Shown piece after piece: positions 10,840 to 19,032 of a stretch of 64,000 bases of DNA. Origin of the DNA: an uncultured Nitrospinota bacterium (GTDB taxonomy: Bacteria; Tectomicrobia; Entotheonellia; J063; CAVPRW01). The notes beneath the pieces were generated by a model, which saw only the letters and a list, made by a program, of their open reading frames with translations, was not told the DNA's origin and did no database searches. A program made the translations under genes and the position numbers. Each line of letters begins with the position of its first letter. Position 1 is the stretch's first letter. The stretch lies in contig CAVPRW010000008.1 of NCBI GenBank assembly GCA_963707985.1, positions 64,001 through 128,000 of the forward strand, given 5' to 3'.

Positions 10840-11811
10840 TCACACGACTTCTCGATGAAAAGCATACTTCCCACGGGCCAGTTGAAAGCCAAGACGTTGC
10901 CAGGTTCTGATGACCAGGAAATGATGCAGCGGTGCGTCAGCCTCCATGAAATCGTACTCCTCCCGTCCCAATTCAAGGGCCGCTTTGAGGAGCCCTATAT
11001 ATGCACCCGTGCCTTCCGGTAGGGAGGCGCTGAGGCCCTGACCGGCGATCCGAAGCCCCGTGTGCTTCAGAATATGATTATTCAGTTTATAGGCCAAGAA
11101 CCCGACCGGGCATCCCTTCCGTTCGGCGACGAGGATGTGGTCCGCCATCTCGCCGGAGCAGGCGTTCTTTGTCCACTCGATGTAGAACCTGCTCATGCCA
11201 GACTGCGGGAGGCTTGGGTCAACAGAGAAGCGGCTTTGGTGGTGCGCATACATTTGTTCAGCGATCGCCAGGACGGCCGCACGATCCGCGGGTGTGTATG
11301 GCCGCACGTGATACAAGGTCTTGAGGGACGGCGGGGTGTCTTGCTGCGGCCGAAAGACGTAGGTGATCAAGCACTCCATGAGCCGGAAGCCCCATCGCTC
11401 CAGGGCTTGGATCGCCTCAATATCGGCGCAATCCACGCGGGTGGAGAGATGCCTGATCCCTTGGGCACGCGCCAATGTGATCAGTTCCTCAAGCAGGCGG
11501 TCGAGGATCTGTGCCCTGGACTCCTGCGCTGACGCGGCGATGAGGTGTCCGATCTTGGCCATCGACAGACCGAAGATGTTGCTGTCCCAGGGGAGGTGGA
11601 TAAAGGTGGCCAACCCAACAACTTTATCCCCCACACGCAGGGCCAACAGCTGCCCCTGCTCTCCCGCCTGCCCGATCTCAGAGCTGAGGAGTCGGAGTTG
11701 GACCTCCTTGGAGATGGCACGATAATGCCGGTAATCGTTGTAGGGATGGGTAGTGACCAGAAACTCCAGCCCCTCAACATCGAATCCAGGCACGACGTGA
11801 AGTTCCATCAA
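10840..11811 (-). CDS. GNAT acetyltransferase, WecD-like (NDP-4-amino-sugar N-acetyltransferase)
   Basis: LPWDSNIFG, ALERWGF, SRFSVDP...FYIEWTKNA and RLGF; lies in an operon with sugar genes. Confidence 0.75.
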   Translation of the reverse strand: MMELHVVPGFDVEGLEFLVTTHPYNDYRHYRAISKEVQLRLLSSEIGQAGEQGQLLALRVGDKVVGLATFIHLPWDSNIFGLSMAKIGHLIAASAQESRAQILDRLLEELITLARAQGIRHLSTRVDCADIEAIQALERWGFRLMECLITYVFRPQQDTPPSLKTLYHVRPYTPADRAAVLAIAEQMYAHHQSRFSVDPSLPQSGMSRFYIEWTKNACSGEMADHILVAERKGCPVGFLAYKLNNHILKHTGLRIAGQGLSASLPEGTGAYIGLLKAALELGREEYDFMEADAPLHHFLVIRTWQRLGFQLARGKYAFHREVV

Positions 11812-11813
11812 TG

Positions 11814-12737
11814 TTAATCCAGGCTCTCCCGAATGACGAAGAAGGGCTTGTTCTGCACGAGACGGTAGATACGCGTCGTAAATTCGCCCAACAGGCCAAG
11901 GATGGCGAACTGGAGACCGAAAAAGACCGCCAGGAAGACTGCGATCTGGAACCTCCCTCCCAGAGGAAGATCAGCAAGGAAGCGCAGAGGAAAATACAGC
12001 ACCCCGCCGACAAACCCCATAAGGGTGAACAGACCCCCAGCAACTCCAATAATTTGGAACGGCCGGGTGGAAAAGCTTATGATAAAATCGAGATAGTGGC
12101 CGATCAAGCGCAGCAGTGAGTATCTCGACTTCCCCGCCATTCTGAAACGGTGACTCACCGGGACCTCGGCCGCAGACCTGCCTATCTGCACGACCAAGGC
12201 GCCGAGAAAGCGTCGCATCTCCCCGTGGTGCTTGAGCTCTCTGGCTACCTCTGCGGTAATGGCTTTCAAGGAGCAGCCATAATCATGGAGGCGCACACCG
12301 GTGACGAGGCCGATGGTCTTATTAGCGATATACGAGGGTAGGCGCCTGAGGAGAGGATCTTTACGGCCACAACGCCAACCGCTCACGACATCATGCCCTT
12401 CGTCGATCTTGGCGAGGAGCTTGGGGATATCCTGGGGATCGCATTGCAGGTCGGCATCCAGACTCACGATCACCTGGCCCTTCGCACACTCGATGCCGGC
12501 CGAAAGTGCGGCATGTTGGCCATAGTTCCCTGCCAACCGCATCACCTTGACCCGGCGGTCGCTGGCGTGCAGGTTGGCCAGGATCTCGTAGCCCTCATCG
12601 ACACTCCCATCGTCGACGAAGAGCAGCTCATAGTGGCACCCCTGCAATGCATTGGTAAGCTGCAGATAGAGCTCTGGTAAGTTGTCCGCCTCATTGAACA
12701 CGGGAATTACCACTGATAGCTCAATCTTACACTCCAC
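11814..12737 (-). CDS. GT2 polyprenol-phosphate glycosyltransferase, ArnC-like
   Basis: SVVIPVFNE, VDDGS, NYGQHAAL, LDADLQ, HDYGCSLKA and two C-terminal TM helices. Confidence 0.9.
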   Translation of the reverse strand: MECKIELSVVIPVFNEADNLPELYLQLTNALQGCHYELLFVDDGSVDEGYEILANLHASDRRVKVMRLAGNYGQHAALSAGIECAKGQVIVSLDADLQCDPQDIPKLLAKIDEGHDVVSGWRCGRKDPLLRRLPSYIANKTIGLVTGVRLHDYGCSLKAITAEVARELKHHGEMRRFLGALVVQIGRSAAEVPVSHRFRMAGKSRYSLLRLIGHYLDFIISFSTRPFQIIGVAGGLFTLMGFVGGVLYFPLRFLADLPLGGRFQIAVFLAVFFGLQFAILGLLGEFTTRIYRLVQNKPFFVIRESLD

Positions 12738-13044
12738 AGACCACCTCCAGCAAGAAAGTGCTAGGGGTTTATCATATAGGTGCCCATATTGTCAAGCGAA
12801 GGCGTGACTAGCACTATATTTCACAGTGTTACCAACTCATGATGGCTCACGGCAGTTGAATGCAGCGCTAGGGTTCGCGGCACGCGGCGATTATTGTGCT
12901 TAAAATAGCCTTCTCAGCCTTGGGGAGCGTATCCTGTCGCACCAGCATCAACACCCAGAAGCTTCTAGCTTCCAGCCTGCTATTAACGCGTCGGGAAACC
13001 GCTATCCCAAGCGAGGAGGATTTTCACGGTCGTCGGGAATTCTA

Positions 13045-13073
13045 TTGACATCGTGTGGCGTGTTCGCCACAAT
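13045..13073 (+). promoter_or_regulatory. Putative sigma70 promoter with an embedded inverted repeat
   Basis: TTGACA-N17-CACAAT; GTGGCG-tgtt-CGCCAC overlaps the spacer and -10. Confidence 0.55.
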
Positions 13074-13135
13074 ACTTTGCCGGCCTTGAATAGCGTAACT
13101 TCCATCAAAATCGCTCGTCCACGGCAAGGATCGAT

Positions 13136-14338
13136 ATGACCATAGAACCCTCTATTCCCTTTTACAAGCCACTGATCGCGCGTGAGGAAATCAAACAACT
13201 CGTCGAAGCCGTCGAGTCTGGCTGGCTGACGACAGGACCCAAAACGCTAGAGTTTGAGGCCGCCATCGCCCGCTATGTGGGCGCACCGTTTGCGGTTGGG
13301 GTCAATTCCTGCACCGCGGCGATGCATTTGGCCTTGGTTGCCATGGGCATTGGAGCGGGGGATGCCGTGATCACCTCGCCGATTACTTTCCCCGCTACCG
13401 CCAACGTCATCGAGCACTGCGGGGCGCGACCGGTGTTTATCGATGTGGAACCTGAAACGCTGTTGCTGAACGTGGCGGCACTTGAGAAATTTCTCGCGGC
13501 TCCAGAGCGTCAGGGTATCGACGCCGACAGGGTCAAGGCCATCCTGCCCGTGCACTTCGCCGGCCAACCGTGCGATATGGACATGATCTTTGCCCTCGCC
13601 TCTCGGTACGGGCTCGCGGTGATCGAGGACTCCGCCCACGCGCTGGGGGCTGAATTTCAGGGGCGCAAAGTTGGTAGTGACTATGGCCTGGGATTTCAGG
13701 GACCATGGGCGAGCTGCTTCAGCTTTTACGCGACAAAGAACATCACCGCGGGTGAAGGGGGTATGCTGACCACCAATGCCCCGGAGTTAATGGAGCAGGT
13801 GGCGGTTTTGCGCTTGCACGGCATTAGTCGAGATGCCTGGAAACGCTATCAGGTAGCTGGCTACCAGCACTATGAGGTCTTATTTCCCGGCTACAAATAC
13901 AATATGTTCGACCTGCAGGCAGCCTTGGTCCTGGCGCAGCTAGCGCATATCGATGAGTGGCAACGACGCCGACAAACCTACACCGATTTCTATAACCAAG
14001 GCTTGGCGAATATCGAAGGGCTGCAGCCGCTCCAGGTGAAGCCTGACCGCCACTCCGCCTACCATCTCTATGTCGTGATGGCGGACCGCGCACAACTCGG
14101 TATTTCACGGGATGACATGCTCAATCGCCTCGCCTCGGCGGGGATTGGCGTGGGCGTGCACTTCCGCTCGTTGACCGTGCAGAAGTTTTACCGTGAGAAG
14201 TACGGCTTTCAAGAGGGCGATTTTCCAGTTGCAGAAAGGGCTTCAGAGCAAGTACTGTCGCTGCCACTCTATCCTGCCATGCACGAGAGCGACGTCGAGC
14301 GGGTCATTCACACCGTGCACGAGGTGCTCGGCGGCTGA
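13136..14338 (+). CDS. DegT/DnrJ/EryC1/StrS PLP aminotransferase, ArnB-like
   Basis: SGWLTTGP, NSCTAAMH, IEDSAHA, SFYATKNITAGEGG, PGYKYNM and LSLPLYP. Confidence 0.93.
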   Translation: MTIEPSIPFYKPLIAREEIKQLVEAVESGWLTTGPKTLEFEAAIARYVGAPFAVGVNSCTAAMHLALVAMGIGAGDAVITSPITFPATANVIEHCGARPVFIDVEPETLLLNVAALEKFLAAPERQGIDADRVKAILPVHFAGQPCDMDMIFALASRYGLAVIEDSAHALGAEFQGRKVGSDYGLGFQGPWASCFSFYATKNITAGEGGMLTTNAPELMEQVAVLRLHGISRDAWKRYQVAGYQHYEVLFPGYKYNMFDLQAALVLAQLAHIDEWQRRRQTYTDFYNQGLANIEGLQPLQVKPDRHSAYHLYVVMADRAQLGISRDDMLNRLASAGIGVGVHFRSLTVQKFYREKYGFQEGDFPVAERASEQVLSLPLYPAMHESDVERVIHTVHEVLGG

Positions 14339-14385
14339 TCGGCAGCTCAGGTCCACACCCCTGACTTCGGGTGAGCCGCCACACC

Positions 14386-14670
14386 TCATTGGTAGCTGCT
14401 CATATTACGGCCGACAGGCTGCGGATCAGTCGGTAGCCCAAAGAGATTGAGGATGGTCGCTCGGACATCATACAATCGCAGCCCCTTCCTCCATGCTGGT
14501 TCGACCCCACCACGCTCGCAGCTAGCCTTGTGCATGATGAAGACCCCAGGCCAGTCCGTGGTTCGCCTCGTCGGGACCGGTGTCGTTGTCGACGGTGTAG
14601 ATGCTGCCCAGCCCAACGCTTCCCACCGACCGCTAATGGAGATCGCCAACGTATATGATCAGGGCGGGTG
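14386..14670 (-). pseudogene. C-terminal remnant of an alkaline-phosphatase-superfamily / nucleotide pyrophosphatase gene
   Basis: Reads PALIIYVGDLH*RSVGSVGLGSIYTVDNDTGPDEANH, then after a shift DWPGVFIM...LYDVRATILNLFGLP. It has an in-frame TAG and no N-terminal part. Confidence 0.7.
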
Positions 14671-15084
14671 GTTGCTGAGGAAACGAGTTCTCCCGAGGGA
14701 AAAGACCCAACCTCACAGGTCGGGCATGCCACATCGCAGCGCCGCAGTTGCAGCGTCCGGGTCTGATGTATCGTCACCTACCACTCGCGTGACCCACAGG
14801 GTTCCACCCGCCTCCCACCGTGAGGCCAGCGTGGCCTTTATGGTACACCTTCCTCCTGCGCAAAACGCTGACGTGCACCCCATAAGAGAAAGGTGTTTGC
14901 CAAATGTCGCCGAATCGGGCACAATCGGTTTGGGTCGATCGGCATTCGACATTTCATAATCTTTAACACACGAGTGGAGAGGCCGCCGCTTCCCTGGCCG
15001 TTGGTGGGAGGGGGGGGATGGGCACACTAAAAGCCAAGCCAGCACGCTATTTCAACTCGGTTTGCTTGCGGCTGTTGCACAATC

Positions 15085-15810
15085 ATGCTGCAAGCGAAGG
15101 GAGTGTTTCGTATGAGGGCAGCCCGCCGATCTGGATATCGAGGTAGGTGGTTATGGGGGATTGTCATATACTGTTTTGTGCTGCTAGCCTGCTGGCAAGC
15201 CCCGAGACTGGAGGGGGGAATAAAGGGGAATGAGCGAGATTACCCACAGACGCGAGCCAGTATCACCGTCGAGAGGGGTCAATTGTCTGTACACCTCAGA
15301 CAGGCCGATCTTCAAGCAGTTCTAGCGCAGATCGGAGAGCAGGCGGGAATCACCATCGTCATGGATCCCAAAGACCACAGGACGATCACTGCGGAGCTCA
15401 CGAATGTAGAATTGGAAGACGGCATTCGCCGCCTGCTGCGGGGCGCCTCACTCAGCCATACAATCCTCTACACGCGGGAAGCTGGAGGGGCAGTTGCCAT
15501 CAAAGAAGTCCGTGTGCTCGGGGAAGAGAGTGGTGGCGAGCCGCTCGAACCGGCCGTCGCCAAAGCCAATGGGAATACAAAGGGGGACAACGTTGTCTCG
15601 CATACTGCGCCTCCCCTGACGCAAACCCCAGAGGATTCCCCCCCCCCAGCAGGAGCTGAGCAGAATGATGCCGCCGCGAGCTTGCAAGAGGTTTTCGAGC
15701 TTGCGCGGCGGAGAGCTCCGCAGGAAGCATCTCCTGCCGCAGAAGGGAAGGAAGACGACGTGGTTGGTGCGTTCCGAAACCTCCTTCAGCAGCAGCCTCA
15801 TGAGAGGTAA
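15085..15810 (+). CDS. Exported or membrane-anchored protein with a secretin-N0/STN-like domain and a low-complexity tail
   Basis: N-terminal hydrophobic stretch. VERGQLSVHLRQADLQAVLAQIGEQAGITIV...ITAELTNVELEDGIRRLL resembles secretin/TonB N-terminal domains. No secretin barrel follows. Confidence 0.6.
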   Translation: MLQAKGVFRMRAARRSGYRGRWLWGIVIYCFVLLACWQAPRLEGGIKGNERDYPQTRASITVERGQLSVHLRQADLQAVLAQIGEQAGITIVMDPKDHRTITAELTNVELEDGIRRLLRGASLSHTILYTREAGGAVAIKEVRVLGEESGGEPLEPAVAKANGNTKGDNVVSHTAPPLTQTPEDSPPPAGAEQNDAAASLQEVFELARRRAPQEASPAAEGKEDDVVGAFRNLLQQQPHER

Positions 15811-16199
15811 CGTGTTGCGGTGGAAGGCGTGAAACGCAGGTTGAGTTTGCCCTTGCAGTAGTCCCTCCTCCCGCGCTTGCAACTCTGGTCACCATACTTT
15901 GAATACCAATCTGGCCTGTGGCGCTTTTCTACCATGCTGGTCTACCTGATGACGCCTCCGCCCATCAGCGGAGATTCAGGAAAGGACCAGATTGGGCGCC
16001 ACTAATGATCTAACTCCTCCAGACGGGATCAGATCGTGGTAAAACCTGCGCGGAGACTGGCAGGTGGGCGCATGGCAGCCGTGACACCCTCTATAACTTG
16101 CAGGTGAGGCGCAAGTCAGTGCGTGGGATTGTCGCCATGAAGGCAATCTGAGATTATTGGATATCAGCGCACCAACTTCGGTTTGGGGAGAGAATAGAG

Positions 16200-16757
16200 A
16201 TGCGAAAAGGCATAGTGGCTATCGGGGTTCTTCTTGTCCTCTGGGGGAGGGGCGCATTTGCGGCGGAGGGGGAGCAGATCTTGGCGCAAGTCGGGGAGGA
16301 GGTGATCACTGTGCAGGAGTTCCTGGCGCTTGTCTCAGTCATCCCTGCGCTGACTCCGCAGGGAGATGTGGAGGCAGGGAAACGCAAGCTGCTCGAGGGT
16401 CTAATCAGCCAACTCCTCTTCGCAAGAGGGGCCGTGGAGCTGGCGCTGGATCAGGATGCTAGCGTCAAAACCCAACTGAAGCAGACGCAGGTGAGCATCC
16501 TCGCCCAAGCATATCTGAAACGGCAGGCCGCCGACAGAATCGCCATCAGCGACCAGGAGGTCGGGGAGTACTTTGAAGCTCACCGCAGTGATTTCCATGG
16601 CCAGGCGATCAAGGACGTTGAGGGATCGATCAGGGCGAAGCTTACCCAAGATGCGATGGGGGAGATCATCCAGAAGGCCCGGACGGAGCTCAGCCAGAGG
16701 GCAAAGGTGACGATCAATGATCGACTACTCCAGGAGCTGCCCCTTCCTTCGCGCTAG
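16200..16757 (+). CDS. SurA/PrsA N-terminal-domain chaperone-like exported protein (no parvulin domain)
   Basis: Signal peptide ending AFA; ILAQVGEEVIT, KRKLLEGLISQLLF, ISDQEVGEYFEAH and AKVTINDRLL; RBS ggagag. Confidence 0.78.
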   Translation: MRKGIVAIGVLLVLWGRGAFAAEGEQILAQVGEEVITVQEFLALVSVIPALTPQGDVEAGKRKLLEGLISQLLFARGAVELALDQDASVKTQLKQTQVSILAQAYLKRQAADRIAISDQEVGEYFEAHRSDFHGQAIKDVEGSIRAKLTQDAMGEIIQKARTELSQRAKVTINDRLLQELPLPSR

Positions 16758-16792
16758 CGCGTCTCGACGCCTCTGGACTCCGCGGGATCCCG

Positions 16793-16974
16793 ATCACCTC
16801 TGCTTGGTCGGACAGCTTCACCGGATTGCTCCCGAACATGCGGTGGGGATTTGGCAAGCTCCACGTCGCCTCCGCTATAGTCCCGACAAACCTCCGGATC
16901 ACGCTCTCGGCCAACGAGAGCATCTTCACCACCGGTCAGACCATGCTTCTCAGCGTCGCGTCTCAGCCTGGTGA
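16793..16974 (+). pseudogene. Fragment of an S8 peptidase: end of the catalytic domain and start of the C-terminal domain
   Basis: ITSAWSDSFTGLLPNMRWGFGKLHVASAI...LSANESIFTTGQTMLLSV parallels PNNDFGWGRVDAF...IYTDRSVYRAGDTMAVRL of the intact protease at 19033-20850. Confidence 0.6.
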
Positions 16975-16989
16975 ATGCCCAGCACTAGT

Positions 16990-17208
16990 CATCATGCGGT
17001 GCTGCTGGGCGAGCTGCTGGCGCACACCGAGTATTTGGAGGCCTCCATGGCGGTGGGCCACAGCATCCTGGCCGCCGCGTACCACATGCTGCGGGATAGG
17101 GTTTCGTATAGGATCTCGGCCCAGAAGCATTTTGATCTCCTCGCCACCGACCGGCTCACGCACCATTATGTGCATCGCCTGGAACAACTCGGCCACCGTG
17201 TCACGTGA
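16990..17208 (+). mobile_element. Internally deleted IS110-family transposase remnant
   Basis: The mid-protein helix HHAVLLGELLAHTEYLE is joined directly to the C-terminal AVGHSILAAAYHMLRD...HFD...YVHRLEQLGHRVT, which I recognise from IS110 transposases. Confidence 0.75.
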
Positions 17209-17437
17209 CACCCAGGGGCCGACATCGCGCAAAAAGGTCATTCGAGCTTTTTGGAGAATTTCAGAATGCCAGCCGGATTTTTGTTGACAATAATGTGGAT
17301 ATTGTTGTATATGCTGACAATATGTCCAGTCTTGAATGCCGTTCATGCTCGCGTGGGCTGTCGTGGGTGACGGGTTTTCGCGGTCGTTGTCGTTGAGGAG
17401 GAATTCCTCAAAGGTGCCCCAATGTTTCCGCTTTAAC

Positions 17438-17629
17438 ATTGAGGCCTATCGGGAGGAGTTCCAAGGGAGAACCATGCAGAAGGTCGGGCCTGAGATCAGG
17501 GCGAAGCCCACATGGGAGGCGATGGCCGACTTCCTGAAGAAGGTGAGGGCAGAACAGGCAAAGCGGGAGGATTTGATGATTGACGAGAGGCTCTTGAAGG
17601 AGGTTTCCATTGCTCTTTCGCCGAGGTAG
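17438..17629 (+). pseudogene. C-terminal fragment of a paralog of the SurA-N-like gene at 16200
   Basis: EAYREEFQGRTMQKVGPEIRAKPTWEAMADFLKKVRAE...IDERLLKEV aligns without gaps to EAHRSDFHGQAIKDVEGSIRAKLTQDAMGEIIQKARTE...INDRLLQEL. Confidence 0.8.
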
Positions 17630-17730
17630 GTTAGTAGCTCTTCGCTGTAGGCCCTCGACGCCTCGATCCCACGCGATCGAGAGCGAAAGGGGACCAGGTG
17701 CTCAACGTTGCTGCTAAGGGAGAACAGGCC

Positions 17731-18222
17731 ATGAAGAAGCTCGTTGTTGTTGGAATGCTTATGGCGCTAGCCATCGCTCCGGTCGCCAATGCTTTTGCCC
17801 AATCAAACGCTCCTCAGCTACCCGAAGGGTTCAATCCCCAGATTACCCCAGAGCTTACTTGGCTAGAATTTTTTCTGCTCGCACCTACCGTCACCACGAG
17901 CACTCTGTCGTTGAGTTTCATTCTAGCTGTCAATAATTTCACCAATGCCCAGCAGCAGATCTCCATCTTCACGAAGACACTCAGTGGATCGAACTTCCAG
18001 AGGCAAGATACATACGGTCCTCGCGAGACGAAGTTCTTCTCAGCGGGACAGGTCGCATGCCCCACCTCTGGAGGTGGCGATGTCTGCACGCTCACTTTAT
18101 CTGCGCCACAGACGGGGCCGACATGCTTTGTCATCTTTGACAGCCTTCTGATCATTCTTGATCAAGCTCGTGGGGGAGAGATTGTGGCGATCCTCCCTCC
18201 ATCCTTCCCCCAATGCCAATAG
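17731..18222 (+). CDS. Hypothetical secreted protein, beta-rich, 4 Cys
   Basis: RBS aagggag; signal peptide MKKLVVVGMLMALAIAPVANAFA; no family recognised. Confidence 0.8.
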   Translation: MKKLVVVGMLMALAIAPVANAFAQSNAPQLPEGFNPQITPELTWLEFFLLAPTVTTSTLSLSFILAVNNFTNAQQQISIFTKTLSGSNFQRQDTYGPRETKFFSAGQVACPTSGGGDVCTLTLSAPQTGPTCFVIFDSLLIILDQARGGEIVAILPPSFPQCQ

Positions 18223-18252
18223 CTCTCTCCTAATCCGAGCCAGCGATAACCT

Positions 18253-18281
18253 AGGAGCGGCCTCTGCAGGAGGCCGCTCCT
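18253..18281 (+). terminator. GC-rich stem-loop between the two secreted-protein genes
   Basis: AGGAGCGGCCT-N7-AGGCCGCTCCT; the U-tract is weak. Confidence 0.5.
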
Positions 18282-18306
18282 TCCTCAGGTTCTAAGGAGA
18301 GGTTTG

Positions 18307-18696
18307 ATGAAGGGACCTGTGTTAGCGATAGGCCTAGTGCTCTTCCTGACAGTGGCGAGTATGGCTTTAGCGCAGGCACAACAAGAGCCTCAGCCTGGGG
18401 GCAGCGGCCCTCAGCTGAAGCTCCCAGAGGGCATGGGTGGTGCCGGGTCTTACGGCCAGTTGCTGGGGCTCCTTGGTCAGAAATCGAGGGCGACCTCCCC
18501 CGCTGACCCCTCCAATACCGTTTATCCAATGTTTCAGCTCTTCGGCCCGGATATACGGCCTGGTTTTTGGGCTGATCCTGAGGCGGCGGGAAACACCTTG
18601 GTCCTTCAGGGAGAGTTGATGGTGCGGATGGGTGAGATCCTGATTAAGAACGGCCGAGCGCTGCTCGACAAGGCTGCTGAGAAGCAGGGCAAGTGA
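18307..18696 (+). CDS. Hypothetical secreted protein
   Basis: RBS aaggag; signal peptide ending ALA; Gly/Pro-rich linker and helical C-terminus. Confidence 0.75.
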   Translation: MKGPVLAIGLVLFLTVASMALAQAQQEPQPGGSGPQLKLPEGMGGAGSYGQLLGLLGQKSRATSPADPSNTVYPMFQLFGPDIRPGFWADPEAAGNTLVLQGELMVRMGEILIKNGRALLDKAAEKQGK

Positions 18697-19032
18697 GGGT
18701 TGGGAGCACCGGTCATTAATCCTTCCTACCTGCGTCCCATTGGGTATGTCACCGTTCCCATCTCGTCTCAGTCGCCCAGAGGTCAGTGCTGAGCCCTTAC
18801 CCCGTAGGGGGACTTATCCGCCATCACTGCTATAGCTCTGTCGAAAAAGACTCCAGGCCCCAGTGCGATGACAACCAAAGTTATATTTGGGGGCTTTTGC
18901 CTTGTTTCGTTGCCCTCTCCTCGCGGTGGGGGGAAGAAAAGCAGGAGGAAGCTGCAAAGGCGGTGGAGCCCAGCACCTGCTCGTCTGCCTGGCGATAGCT
19001 TGGATCTTGGCAATCGTAGCGCTGGAGGGAAC

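Noticed and set aside
15020..15034. sigma54-like GG-N10-GC upstream of the island
   Set aside because: The -12 element (AAGC) is poor; such matches are expected by chance.
16038..16080. c-di-GMP-I (GEMM) riboswitch-like string GGTAAAACCTGC...GCAGGTGGGCGCA...ATGGCAGCC
   Set aside because: The second hairpin and closing stem are not evident; an Infernal search would be needed.
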